A DNA stretch of 63,612 bases, counting the filler, from Actinomycetota bacterium (GTDB lineage Bacteria; Actinomycetota; Acidimicrobiia; Spongiisociales; UBA4744), in assembly GCA_013152275.1 (NCBI GenBank). It is 5 parts of 5 records of this genome, joined end to end, with 100 filler letters (N's around TTAATTAATTAA, not from the genome) between each part and the next. Parts side by side here need not be neighbours in the genome. Positions count along the whole stretch, not along the records: positions 1 to 26,008 come from JAADGS010000036.1; 4 more parts are not named here. One strand, given 5' to 3'. Positions 10,658 through 20,530 of this stretch are shown one piece after another (position 1 is the first letter of the stretch; every line of letters starts with the position of its first letter). The translations under genes were made by a program, and so were the position numbers. Below the pieces are notes generated by a model, which was not told where the DNA came from, did no database searches, and worked only from the letters and a program-made list of their open reading frames with translations.

Positions 10658-10827
10658 ACTAGTGTCCCGAGTCGCAAGTCATGTACAGAATCTCACCGGC
10701 CCTCGACGCCCCTGGCTGCGCCCTCCGCCTCGACGCATCTGCCGATGCGCCTTCGTTGTGCGTCCTTGCCAGATGACGCCGAATGGCTCGGTGATATCAG
10801 GACGAACTTACGACTCAGAACACTAGT
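10658..10827. mobile_element. 170-bp MITE-like element
   Basis: Imperfect ~22-bp TIRs ACTAGTGTCCCGAGTCGCAAGT / ACTTACGACTCAGAACACTAGT, CTAG at both ends, no ORF. Confidence 0.65.
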
Positions 10828-10898
10828 GGTGTGTTGTATGGATCGCGCGTGGGCCTCGAGAAAGACGCCCGGCGACAACACGAGAAAAGAAGGTGAAC

Positions 10899-12824
10899 GT
10901 GTCCATCGAAATCGAGTTTCCCGACGGTTCCAGAATGTCTTTCCCCGACGGCAGCACCGGGCTGGATATCGCAACGAGCATCGGAAAGAGACTTGCCGCC
11001 GCAGCCGTCGCCGTGAAGCTCGACGGTGAGTTGTTGGATCTGACTCGACCTCTTGAACGGGGGGGAAAACTGGAGGTCGTCACGGCGGACACGGAAGAGG
11101 GGCGGGAGATCCTGCGTCATTCGGCGGCTCACGTCATGGCGCAGGCGGTGCTCTCACTGTTCGAGGGAGCGCGGTTCGCCATCGGCCCGGCCATCACGGA
11201 CGGCTTCTACTACGACTTCGATATCGGCCGCCCATTCACCGCCGAGGACCTCGAGAGGATCGAGGCTCGCATGGGCGAGATCGTGGCAGAGGATCAGCCG
11301 TTCATTCGCGAAGAGGTCTCGGAGGAGGATGCCGTCGCGATGTTCGCCGATCAGCCGTTCAAGACCGAGATCATCGAAGGGGTCGAGGAGGGCGAACTCG
11401 GAACCGTGATCACCGTATACCGCAACGCGGGGTTCGTGGATCTCTGCCGCGGTCCCCACGTTCCGTCGACCTCGAAGATCAAAGCCTTCAAGTTGCTGCG
11501 CAGTGCGGGCGCCTACTGGCGCGGCGATGAACATCGGCCGCAGCTGCAGCGGATCTACGGGACCGCATGGGAGAGTGCAAAGGCCCTTCAGGCCTACCTG
11601 GAGCGTCTCGAGGAGGCGGAGCGCCGGGACCATCGAAAGCTCGGCGCGGAGCTGGATCTCTTCTCGTTTCCACCGGAGCTCGGCTCGGGCCTCGCCATAT
11701 GGCATCCCAAGGGTGGAATCGTGCGCAACGTCATCGAGGACTACAGCCGGCGGGTCCACACGGAGAACGGGTATGAACTCGTGGTCACGCCGCACGTCGC
11801 GAAGGCACACCTTTGGGAGACGTCGGGTCATCTCGGTTTCTACGCCGAGAGCATGTACCCCGCCATGGAACTCGACCATGGCGATCCGTACTACGTCAAA
11901 CCCATGAACTGTCCGTTTCATGTCCTGATCTTCAAGAGTCGGAGTCGCTCCTACCGGGAGTTGCCACTGCGCCTGTTCGAACTTGGAACGGTGTATCGAT
12001 ACGAACGCTCCGGGGTCATCCACGGCCTTCTGAGAGCCCGCGGTTTCACCCAGGACGACAGCCACATCTTCTGTAGCCGCGATCAGATCGGCAGTGAACT
12101 GCAGGGTCTGCTCGATTTCGTCCTCATGGTGCTGCGAGATTTCGGGTTCACCGAATTCGAGGCCGAACTCTCGACCAGGCCCGACAAGTTCGTCGGTGAC
12201 CCCGAGATGTGGGAACTGGCGACCGCCTCGCTGGCAACGGCTCTCGAGACGACGAACCTGGAGTACTCGGTGGCGGAGGGTGATGGAGCCTTCTACGGGC
12301 CGAAGATCGACGTGCACATCAGGGATGCGATCGGTCGAAGGTGGCAGCTTTCGACGATTCAGGTCGATTTCTCGCTTCCGGAGCGGTTCGATGTCGAGTT
12401 CACCAGCGCAGACAACACGCGTGATCGCCCGGTGATGATTCATCGTGCTCTGTTCGGGTCCGTCGAACGGTTCTTCGGGATCCTCCTCGAGCATTATGCA
12501 GGGGCGTTCCCCGCCTGGCTCGCCCCGGTGCAGGCTGCGATCGTTCCGGTCGCCGATCGACACATCGACTACGCCGGCGAGGTCGTTTCCGCGCTTCGCG
12601 GCGCTGGGGTGCGTGCACTGGTCGACGAGAGCCAGGAGACGGTGGGGGAGAAGATCCGACGGGCCTTGTCGCTGAAGGATCCGGCCGTTCTCGTGGTGGG
12701 AGATCGCGACGAGGAGGCACGAACCGTCGGTTTGCGCCTGTACAGCGCCGAGCGAGAGGAACGCGGTGTACCCCTCGAAGTTGCCGTGGAGCGTCTGGTG
12801 GCGCTTGTCGCACCGCCCAGATAG
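10899..12824 (+). CDS. thrS: Threonyl-tRNA synthetase
   Basis: TGS domain, RHSAAHVMAQA, DLCRGPH, RDHRKLG, KPMNCP, GAFYGPKID, MIHRALFGS. Confidence 0.98.
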   Translation: MSIEIEFPDGSRMSFPDGSTGLDIATSIGKRLAAAAVAVKLDGELLDLTRPLERGGKLEVVTADTEEGREILRHSAAHVMAQAVLSLFEGARFAIGPAITDGFYYDFDIGRPFTAEDLERIEARMGEIVAEDQPFIREEVSEEDAVAMFADQPFKTEIIEGVEEGELGTVITVYRNAGFVDLCRGPHVPSTSKIKAFKLLRSAGAYWRGDEHRPQLQRIYGTAWESAKALQAYLERLEEAERRDHRKLGAELDLFSFPPELGSGLAIWHPKGGIVRNVIEDYSRRVHTENGYELVVTPHVAKAHLWETSGHLGFYAESMYPAMELDHGDPYYVKPMNCPFHVLIFKSRSRSYRELPLRLFELGTVYRYERSGVIHGLLRARGFTQDDSHIFCSRDQIGSELQGLLDFVLMVLRDFGFTEFEAELSTRPDKFVGDPEMWELATASLATALETTNLEYSVAEGDGAFYGPKIDVHIRDAIGRRWQLSTIQVDFSLPERFDVEFTSADNTRDRPVMIHRALFGSVERFFGILLEHYAGAFPAWLAPVQAAIVPVADRHIDYAGEVVSALRGAGVRALVDESQETVGEKIRRALSLKDPAVLVVGDRDEEARTVGLRLYSAEREERGVPLEVAVERLVALVAPPR

Positions 12825-12901
12825 CGGCGATTTCTCCTAGAAAGCTGACCGGCATAATGTGATTGTTCCGCGATACCGTTGACAACCAGGGAGATTCCTC
12901 C

Positions 12902-15454
12902 GTGAAACGATTCGTCGAAACCATCTCCGTCGTGGTGCGCCGGTGGCCGTGGTGGACCATCGCGGCAATGGTTGCGATCACCGTGGTCCTGGCATCCTAT
13001 GCACAGCAGGCCAAGGTGGCCTCGGGGCAGGAAGGGTTTGCGCCGGACACACCCGAGATCGCTGCGTCGGATCAGATACGGGAGCTGTTTTCGACCGGAA
13101 GCAGCGAAAAGGTCATGCAGATCATCCTCAGCGGCGATGACGTCATCACCGCCTCGGGGGTCCGGACGGTCGCAGACATCGAATCGGCGATACGTTCCAG
13201 CGACGCCGCAACCTATATCTCGGATCGCTCGGATCGGTCCGGCATCGTCTCCTACCTGGGAGGGGTCCAGCGGGCGGCGAAGATGCAGGGCCTGGACATC
13301 GGTGCCATCTCCGACAAACAGGTGAAGCAGCTGTACACACTGAGCCTGCAACAGGCGCCGCCGGGGAAAGCCGACTACCTGCGAGCCCTGGCCTCCTCGA
13401 AGGGGCACCTCGATGAGGCCGCGGCGCCCGCCGGGCTCATCGTCGTGTTCCTCGACACTTCGGCCATTCCCGATACGGGCGACGACTTCAGCGCTCTCGT
13501 CGACATCGAAAAGGGGATCGCTGCCACGGCAGAGCAGTATTCGTCCGCGGATATCAACGTTCAGGCGTTCAGCATGCTGCTGCTCATGGGAGACGAGTTC
13601 GATTTTTCCGCCGAGGTCGGTCGTCTCTTTCTGAGCGCGTTCCTGATCATCCTGCTGATTCTCGGGTACGTGTACTTCGTGCGGCCTCGCGGGGGGCGTT
13701 CAGGTTGGAGCGCGATTCGGCGGACGGTCGCCGATGTTGTACTCACCCTGGCCGTGATCCTGACGGCGATCGTGTGGATGCAGGGCTTCGGGGTGCTGCT
13801 CGGACCCGAGCATCTCGGTGTGATCGGCGATCTGAATCAGATCACCCAGATCATCCCCATCCTGCTCATCGGTCTTGGAGTGGACTACGCGATCCACCTG
13901 ACCGGCCGATACCGGGAGGAGATCGGTCTCGGCAAGACGGTCGCAGAAGCTTCCACCCGAGCGATCGGGACGGTGGGTGTGGCCCTCATTCTGGCGACGT
14001 TGACAACCGCCGTCGGGTTCCTGACCAACCTGATCTCACCAATCCCCGGGCTCAGAGACTTCGGGATCCTCACCTCGGTGGGGATCGTCTCGGCGTTCGT
14101 GTTGATGCTGACGTTGCTGCCGGCGATCAGGCTCCTGCTCGATCGTCGCGCCGAACGCGGGGGGAGGCTGCACGCCGAGTCATTCGTCGTCGGCTCGACG
14201 GCAAGGGCGCTCCCTCGTATCGCCGCGCGCACGGCGGTGCTTGCAGAACGCCTTCCCGTCGTGACGCTCATCGTGGCATTGGCTCTTGGCGGGCTGGGTG
14301 CCTTCGGTCTGACACAGCTCAAGACGACGTTCAGCTTCGTGGACTTTCTGCCGCAAGACTCGCCGGCCGTCCGGGCCTTCAAGACGGTGGAAGAGCAGTT
14401 CGCGGGTGGCTTTGGTGAAGCGACGAACGTGCTCATCAAGGGCGATGTGGCGACGCCACAGGCGTATCAGTCGATGCAGGCGGCATGGAAGCTACTCGGC
14501 GACACGCCGGACGTGACGAGCTTCGGTGGGTTTGCGGCAGCGGAGTCACCGGTTGGCGTCGTGGCGAACTTGGCGCGGTCTGAAAACAAGACCTTCCTGC
14601 AGGCTGCGGGCGCAGCAGGTTTGAGACCCGATCTCACGGTTGGACCCGACGCGGATGTGGCTGCGATCTTCGATGCGGCCATGGCTGCAGCACCGGAGGA
14701 AATGGGCAGGGTGCTCCACAAGGACGCAGATGGTTCCTACACGGCAGCCCAGTTCGTGATACAGACCGGAGCGGGTGAGGAGCGGGCCGCAGCCCTGGCA
14801 GCGAACCTTCGTCAGGACTTCACGCCGGTCACCGACGTGGGCTTGACGGCAATCCCGACGTCGACGTCGATCATTTCGGCGGTGATCGTCAACAAGCTCT
14901 CCAGCTCGCAGCTCAGGTCGCTGTTCGTGGCGATCTTCGTCGCGATGCTGCTGCTGGTCGTCAACTTCTGGTTCGAGACGCGGCGCCCGTTCCTTGGTGT
15001 GATCACCATCGCGCCGGTCGCTCTCGTGGTGCTGTGGACCTTCGGCATGATGGCGTTGTTCGGGATCTCGTTCAACCCGGTGACGGCGACGCTGTCGGCG
15101 ATGGCCATCGGGATCGGTGTGCCGTTCACGATTCACGTGACCCACCGGTTCGAAGAAGACAGGGTCCGCTATGACGATCAGGAGGAGGCGATCCGCTCGA
15201 CGGCCCGCCACACCGGTGCCGCCTTGGCCGGGTCGGCCTTCACGACGATGGCCGGGTTCGGAATCTTGATGACCTCCTCGCTCAAGCCGATGCAACAGAT
15301 GGGTGAGGTGACGGTCTTCGCGCTTGGCGCCGCGCTCGTCGCGTCGGTGCTCGTGCTCCCGTCCATGTTGGCGTTATGGGACACGTGGCATCGCAAACGA
15401 AGTGCCACGACGTTCGACCGTGAGCGGCTCAAAGCACACGGATACATCGAGTGA
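12902..15454 (+). CDS. MMPL/RND family transporter
   Basis: Two TM-loop-TM halves with GLGVDYAIH and GIGVPFTIH. Confidence 0.88.
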   Translation: MKRFVETISVVVRRWPWWTIAAMVAITVVLASYAQQAKVASGQEGFAPDTPEIAASDQIRELFSTGSSEKVMQIILSGDDVITASGVRTVADIESAIRSSDAATYISDRSDRSGIVSYLGGVQRAAKMQGLDIGAISDKQVKQLYTLSLQQAPPGKADYLRALASSKGHLDEAAAPAGLIVVFLDTSAIPDTGDDFSALVDIEKGIAATAEQYSSADINVQAFSMLLLMGDEFDFSAEVGRLFLSAFLIILLILGYVYFVRPRGGRSGWSAIRRTVADVVLTLAVILTAIVWMQGFGVLLGPEHLGVIGDLNQITQIIPILLIGLGVDYAIHLTGRYREEIGLGKTVAEASTRAIGTVGVALILATLTTAVGFLTNLISPIPGLRDFGILTSVGIVSAFVLMLTLLPAIRLLLDRRAERGGRLHAESFVVGSTARALPRIAARTAVLAERLPVVTLIVALALGGLGAFGLTQLKTTFSFVDFLPQDSPAVRAFKTVEEQFAGGFGEATNVLIKGDVATPQAYQSMQAAWKLLGDTPDVTSFGGFAAAESPVGVVANLARSENKTFLQAAGAAGLRPDLTVGPDADVAAIFDAAMAAAPEEMGRVLHKDADGSYTAAQFVIQTGAGEERAAALAANLRQDFTPVTDVGLTAIPTSTSIISAVIVNKLSSSQLRSLFVAIFVAMLLLVVNFWFETRRPFLGVITIAPVALVVLWTFGMMALFGISFNPVTATLSAMAIGIGVPFTIHVTHRFEEDRVRYDDQEEAIRSTARHTGAALAGSAFTTMAGFGILMTSSLKPMQQMGEVTVFALGAALVASVLVLPSMLALWDTWHRKRSATTFDRERLKAHGYIE

Positions 15455-15458
15455 TGGC

Positions 15459-15488
15459 CGAGGGGGGCTCCATAGGGAGCCCCCCTCG
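15459..15488. terminator. GC-rich hairpin between convergent MMPL and citrate synthase genes
   Basis: CGAGGGGGGCTCC-ATAG-GGAGCCCCCCTCG, perfect 13-bp stem. Confidence 0.75.
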
Positions 15489-15507
15489 AGTCGCTGGTAG
15501 ACCGCAG

Positions 15508-16806
15508 CTAGATCCCGGCGATTTCTTCGAGCATGGCTGTCGTCAACGACTTCGGCCGCTCGATCGGATAGCCGAGTGCCCGGTCCCAGACGATGTTGGA
15601 GAGCACACCGAGGGATCGGCCGATCCCGAACAGGACCGTGTAGAAGTCGTATTCGTGGAGTCCGTAGTGCCACTGGATGACACCGGACTGGGCATCGACG
15701 TTCGGCCACGGGTTCTTGGCCTTGCCCTGCTCTTCCAAGATCGGTGGGACGACCTTGTACAACATGTCCACATACTTGAAGATCGGATCGTCTGGCAGAT
15801 GCTTCAGACAGAAGTTGCGCTGTTCCGCATACCTCGGGTCGGTCTTGCGGAGCACGGCATGGCCGAACCCCGGGATGACCTGACCGGAGTTCAGCGTCTC
15901 CCAGACGAACTCCTTCATTTTCTCCTCGGTGGGGACCTCGCCACCCATCTTCTCCATGACACCCTGGATCCAGCGCAGCACCTCCTGGTTTGCGAGGCCG
16001 TGCAGCGGACCTGCGAGGCCGTTGATCATGGCCGAGGCCGCGTAGTAGACATCCGAGAGCGCGCTGGCGACCAGATGCCCGGCGTGGGCACTCACATTTC
16101 CGCTCTCGTGATCGGAATGGAGGATGAAGTACAGGCGAGCCACATCATCATATGGCTCATCGATGCCCATCATGTGGGCGAAGTTGCCACCGAGGTCCTG
16201 ATCAGGATCCGGAGCGATGGGTGTGTCGCCCTTGTACTTGAGGCGGTAGATGAAGGCACCCAGTTCAGGGAGCCTCGCCCAGAGGTTGAGGGCGTCCTCC
16301 AAGGTGGGCTGCCAGTGGTCCATCTTCCCGAGGCCCTTGTTGTAGGCCTTCACATACTCGGATTCTCTCTGCATGGCCAGGATGGCGGCCGAGAACATCG
16401 TCATCGGATGTGTGTCCCGTGGCATCGCCCTGAGCACGTCGAACACGTACCGGGGGACACCCGAGCGGTTCTTCAGCTCCTGCACGAGTTCCGCCACATC
16501 CTCCTCCGTCGGGACCTCCCCGGTGAGGAGCAGGTAGATGTGTCCTTCGACATAGGGCATCTCTCGTCCCGGGACCTTTGGCAGCAGCGCCAACGTCTCG
16601 GGGATCGTGTGGCCACGGAACCGGATGCCTTCGTTCGGATCGAGGTAGGAGATGTCCGTGACGAGGCACCGTACGCCGCGTGCACCTCCGATGGCCTGTG
16701 CGATCGTGACGTCCGAGACCTTGACATCACCGTATTCCTTGATCAGCCGGGCGGTACGAGGCCTCCACTCGTCGATCTTGCGTGCGAGCGCTTCCTTCAG
16801 TGCCAT
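15508..16806 (-). CDS. gltA: Citrate (Si)-synthase, eukaryote-like type
   Basis: GGARG..LVTDISYLDPNEGIRFRG, HSDHESGNVSAH, GLAGPLHGLANQEVL, PGFGHAVLRKTDPRY, KNPWPNVDAQSG, IERPKS. Confidence 0.93.
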   Translation of the reverse strand: MALKEALARKIDEWRPRTARLIKEYGDVKVSDVTIAQAIGGARGVRCLVTDISYLDPNEGIRFRGHTIPETLALLPKVPGREMPYVEGHIYLLLTGEVPTEEDVAELVQELKNRSGVPRYVFDVLRAMPRDTHPMTMFSAAILAMQRESEYVKAYNKGLGKMDHWQPTLEDALNLWARLPELGAFIYRLKYKGDTPIAPDPDQDLGGNFAHMMGIDEPYDDVARLYFILHSDHESGNVSAHAGHLVASALSDVYYAASAMINGLAGPLHGLANQEVLRWIQGVMEKMGGEVPTEEKMKEFVWETLNSGQVIPGFGHAVLRKTDPRYAEQRNFCLKHLPDDPIFKYVDMLYKVVPPILEEQGKAKNPWPNVDAQSGVIQWHYGLHEYDFYTVLFGIGRSLGVLSNIVWDRALGYPIERPKSLTTAMLEEIAGI

Positions 16807-16918
16807 TGTTCCTCCTTGGCAGTTGGGGTTTCCCGCAAGCATGCCACCGAAACCGGGCCTGCTCGGTCCGGATCGTCGTGGCGCTCTCGCGAGAGCGTCG
16901 TCGTGTGCGTATCCCTCC

Positions 16919-18970
16919 CTACGCCTCTTCCGTCTGGGCAGAAGCGATGATCTTCTGTGCTTCTTGCCTCGGGACCTCCTCGTAGTGGTCGAACGTCATT
17001 TCAAAACTACCGCGCCCGCCCGTCATGGAGCGGAGGTCGATTGCGTACCGCTGCATTTCGGCGAGGGGAACTTCGGCGGTGACGATCCGGATGTGTCCCT
17101 CCGAGTCCATCCCCAGCACTCGGCCTCGTTTTGCGTTCAGGTCACCGATGATGTCACCCATGTAGTCCTCGGGTACACGAATGTTTGCTCGGACGATCGG
17201 TTCGAGCAGGGTTGGGCGCAGATTCGGCGCAGCGGCCTTCACGGCCATGATCCCCGCCATCCTGAAGGACAGCTCATCCGAGTCGACGGAGTGGTATTTT
17301 CCGTCGTAGACGGTTGCCTTGACATCGGTGACCGGATACCCCGCGAGGATGCCCCGTTCGAGTCCCTCTCGTACGCCTTTGTCGACTGCCGGAATGTACT
17401 GGCGGGGGATGGACCCGCCCTTGATCGCGTTGACGAACTCGTAGCCGGCACCTCGGGGCAGTGGCTCGAAGCGTAGGAAAGCCACACCGAACTGGCCTCT
17501 CCCACCGCTCTGCTTCTTGTGCTTTCCCTCTGCCTCCGCCTTGGCGCCGATTGTCTCTCGATAGGGGACCTTTGGGATCGACGTGTCGACCTTGACCCCG
17601 AATTTGCGCGAAAGTCGGGCGATGGTGACATCCAAATGGGTGTCGCCGAGACCGGACAGGACCGTTTCCTTGGTCTCGGAGCGTCGCTCGACCAACAGGG
17701 TCGGGTCTTCCTCGACGACGCGTGCCAACGCGGTCGAGAGTTTTTCCTCGTCCTGAGCCGATTGCGGCGAGACGACGAGGCTCATGACCGGTTTCGGCAT
17801 GTCGACTCGCGCAATGGTGATGTTCGTGCCGGACGTGTGCAACGTCTCGCCGCCCCTGAGATTCTCGATCTTGGCGACGGCTGCGATATCTCCGGTGACG
17901 AGTTCGGATGCGTCCTTGTGCTCTTTGCCCTGCATGAAGAACAGGTTGTGCATTCGCACCCGCTCGCCCGAGGAGGTCACGAGGTGATCGTCGGCATGGA
18001 CGGTGCCTGAGAAGACCCGGAGGAGAGAGATACGTCCCACATACGGATCGGACGTGGTCTTGAAGACGTACGCCACAGGTTCTCCGTCCGCGACGATGGC
18101 GAGATTGCCGCCTCCTTCGAGGGGAACCGGTGGACGCTCGAGGGGACTCGGTCCGAACTCGGTGAGGAACTCCGCGAGCGTGTCGATGCCGATGAGACGG
18201 GTCGACGATCCGCAGAGCACGGGTTGGATGTCACCTGTGAGGATGCCCCGCCGAGTGACTTCCACGATCGTTGCGCGGTCCGGTTCAACGCCTTCGAAGT
18301 AGGCCTCCAGCAATTCATCATCGGTCTCTACGACCGATTCGACGAGCGCCGTGTGCATCTGCGACATCGTGTCTTTCATCGATTCGGGCGCCTGTGTGGC
18401 GGTACCCTTGGGATTTCCCTCCGCGTAGGTCACGGCGGTGTTGGAGACGACTCGCACGAGGCCGCCGAGTTCGGCTTCTGCGCCGATGGGAACCTGTACG
18501 GGTGCGACGCCCTTCCCGAAGGTTTCGCGAAGATCGTCGAGTGTGCGCGAAAACGAAGAACGTTCCCTGTCGAGTTTGTTGATGAAGATGATGCGGGGGA
18601 GACCTTCCTCGCCCGCCAGGTGCCACATCGCCTCTGTCTGGACCTCGACACCATCGACTCCGGAGACGACGAACACCGCGAGGTCCGCTGCGCGCAACGC
18701 CGAACGTGCGTCCCCGACGAAGTCGGCGTACCCGGGGGTGTCGATCAGTGTGATCTTGTAGCCCTTCCAGGGGAAGGAGGCAAGAGAAAGCCCGAGGGAG
18801 AGCTTTCGCTCGATCTCCTCGGGCTCGAAGTCCGTGACGGTGTTGCCATCTTCGGTCCGGCCGAGTCGTGTCGTCTCTCCGGCCGTGAAGAGGAGCGCTT
18901 CTGCAAGGGAGGTCTTTCCGCTCCCGCCGTGACCAACCAATGCAACGTTCCTGATTCTCTCCGGGACCAC
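16919..18970 (-). CDS. Elongation factor G-like protein (EF-G2)
   Basis: GHGGSGKT, DTPG, NKLD, HKKQSGGRGQFG, HSVDSDELSF; SD AGGAGG before GTG. Confidence 0.92.
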   Translation of the reverse strand: MVPERIRNVALVGHGGSGKTSLAEALLFTAGETTRLGRTEDGNTVTDFEPEEIERKLSLGLSLASFPWKGYKITLIDTPGYADFVGDARSALRAADLAVFVVSGVDGVEVQTEAMWHLAGEEGLPRIIFINKLDRERSSFSRTLDDLRETFGKGVAPVQVPIGAEAELGGLVRVVSNTAVTYAEGNPKGTATQAPESMKDTMSQMHTALVESVVETDDELLEAYFEGVEPDRATIVEVTRRGILTGDIQPVLCGSSTRLIGIDTLAEFLTEFGPSPLERPPVPLEGGGNLAIVADGEPVAYVFKTTSDPYVGRISLLRVFSGTVHADDHLVTSSGERVRMHNLFFMQGKEHKDASELVTGDIAAVAKIENLRGGETLHTSGTNITIARVDMPKPVMSLVVSPQSAQDEEKLSTALARVVEEDPTLLVERRSETKETVLSGLGDTHLDVTIARLSRKFGVKVDTSIPKVPYRETIGAKAEAEGKHKKQSGGRGQFGVAFLRFEPLPRGAGYEFVNAIKGGSIPRQYIPAVDKGVREGLERGILAGYPVTDVKATVYDGKYHSVDSDELSFRMAGIMAVKAAAPNLRPTLLEPIVRANIRVPEDYMGDIIGDLNAKRGRVLGMDSEGHIRIVTAEVPLAEMQRYAIDLRSMTGGRGSFEMTFDHYEEVPRQEAQKIIASAQTEEA

Positions 18971-19085
18971 ATGACCTCCTGGTTTTCCGCTGATTCTAGT
19001 GAGACTGGACCGGTCTCCCGCCATCCCCGGCCACAATTGCGGGCGTTGGAACATGGAGGCTGCTTCGTGGTACGTTGCAGCAACC

Positions 19086-19658
19086 ATGATCGACATGAAA
19101 GCTCGCAGGCGAGTCACGCTTCTGCTCGCACCGATCGCCAGAGGGCTGGTCAGGATCGGTGTCCGGGCATGGCAGGTGACGCTGGTGGGGTTGGCGATCA
19201 CGCTGGCGGGTGCCGTGTTCATCGGTGGCGGAAGGTTCCTCGTGGGGGCCATCCTGGTGCTGGTCGGCTCCGGTGTCGACGCGGTGGATGGCGCGGTCGC
19301 CAGATTGAGGAAGTCGGTGTCGAAGCGCGGTGCGTTTCTGGATGCTGCCACGGACCGCGTCAGTGAGACGGCCATGTGGACCGGATTGGCGATCGCCGTT
19401 GCGCCGACGACGTTGTGGGTCGCGCTGTGTGTTCTTTGCCTGGGAGCATCATTGACCACGTCGTATCTGCGGGCCAAGGCGGAGACGGGGGGAGTGGACG
19501 GACGTGGAGGTCTGATGGGCCGGGCCGAGCGAGTGATCTTGTACGGTGCGGGGTTGCTGCTCGGATGGATCGGCCCCATGCTTTGGGCGATGACGGTGCT
19601 GACCTGGGCAACCGTGGCCCGACGCTTCTGGCTCGGGTGGAAGCGGCTCGGAGCGTGA
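19086..19658 (+). CDS. pgsA: CDP-alcohol phosphatidyltransferase (phosphatidylinositol phosphate synthase)
   Basis: DAVDGAVAR..SKRGAFLDAATDR, SYLRAKAE, RAER; first gene of the PIM cluster. Confidence 0.88.
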   Translation: MIDMKARRRVTLLLAPIARGLVRIGVRAWQVTLVGLAITLAGAVFIGGGRFLVGAILVLVGSGVDAVDGAVARLRKSVSKRGAFLDAATDRVSETAMWTGLAIAVAPTTLWVALCVLCLGASLTTSYLRAKAETGGVDGRGGLMGRAERVILYGAGLLLGWIGPMLWAMTVLTWATVARRFWLGWKRLGA

Positions 19659-20530
19659 GCTTGTCCTATGCCGCCTATCGCACGGGCATAGGTTTGGCGG
19701 GGTTGCTGCCGGAAGGCGTTGTACGCAGGGCGGGCGAACGGCTCGGAAGGGCGGCTTTCGACCGTGCCGGGCGGCGACGCAGGATGCTCATTCGTCACAT
19801 GAGCCGGGTACTCGGATCCGAACGCGAGGTGGAAGAGGCGGCGCGGGAGGCCTTCGCAGCCTACGGTCGTTACTGGGCCGAGTCGTTCTGGGTCCGACCA
19901 CGCCGTGTTCCCGAGATCCTCCGTCACATCACCACCGAGGGAGTCGAACGGGTCGAGGCCGCGAGGGATGCCGGCTCGGGCATGATCTACGCGTTACCGC
20001 ACATCGGAAACTGGGAAGTGGCGGGAACCGTCGCTCACGACCTCGGACTCGAACTGCTGGCCGTTGCCGAGTCCCTTCCCGACAGCAAGATCGTCCAATG
20101 GTTCGTGGATCTCAGGAAATCTTTGGGGATCGATGTGGTTCTCGCCGACCAACCGGGGATCATTGGCGTTCTGAACAAGGCCCTGATGCGGGGAGCCGCA
20201 GTCGCCCTGGTGATGGATCGCAATGTTCGTTCGGGTGGGGTGGAGGTCGAGTTCTTCGGGGAGCGGACGTCCATGCCGGCGGGAGCCGCCGTGCTGGGAC
20301 TGCGGACAGGAGTACCGGTGTTTCCGGTTGCTGCCTATTTCCGTGCAGGGAGGGGACACCATCTCGTCGTGGAAGCGCCCGTCGAGATGCCGACCGAGGG
20401 AACCAGGGAAGCTCGTGTCGTAGAAGGGACACAGCGTGTCACGCGAGCGTTGGAGAAACTCATTGAACGCGCTCCGAAGCAATGGCATATCGTGCAGCCG
20501 AACTGGCCGTCGGATCGGGGTTGCAGGTGA
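19655..20530 (+). CDS. Phosphatidylinositol mannoside acyltransferase (PatA-like)
   Basis: YGRYWAESF, ALPHIGNWEVAG, VEFFGE, QWHIVQP; PIM synteny. Confidence 0.88.
   Translation: MSLSYAAYRTGIGLAGLLPEGVVRRAGERLGRAAFDRAGRRRRMLIRHMSRVLGSEREVEEAAREAFAAYGRYWAESFWVRPRRVPEILRHITTEGVERVEAARDAGSGMIYALPHIGNWEVAGTVAHDLGLELLAVAESLPDSKIVQWFVDLRKSLGIDVVLADQPGIIGVLNKALMRGAAVALVMDRNVRSGGVEVEFFGERTSMPAGAAVLGLRTGVPVFPVAAYFRAGRGHHLVVEAPVEMPTEGTREARVVEGTQRVTRALEKLIERAPKQWHIVQPNWPSDRGCR

Noticed and set aside
15451..16950. Long antisense ORFs (also 11154-12563, 26579-28201, 50139-51770, 55150-56259)
   Set aside because: High-GC shadow frames opposite well-supported genes
16919..19927. Apparent N-terminal extensions or fusions (1002-aa EF-G, 561-aa FAD subunit, 927-aa Mo subunit, 518-aa TrkA, 637-aa OB protein)
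   Set aside because: Extensions overlap other real genes; better starts with SD or stop-start coupling lie downstream
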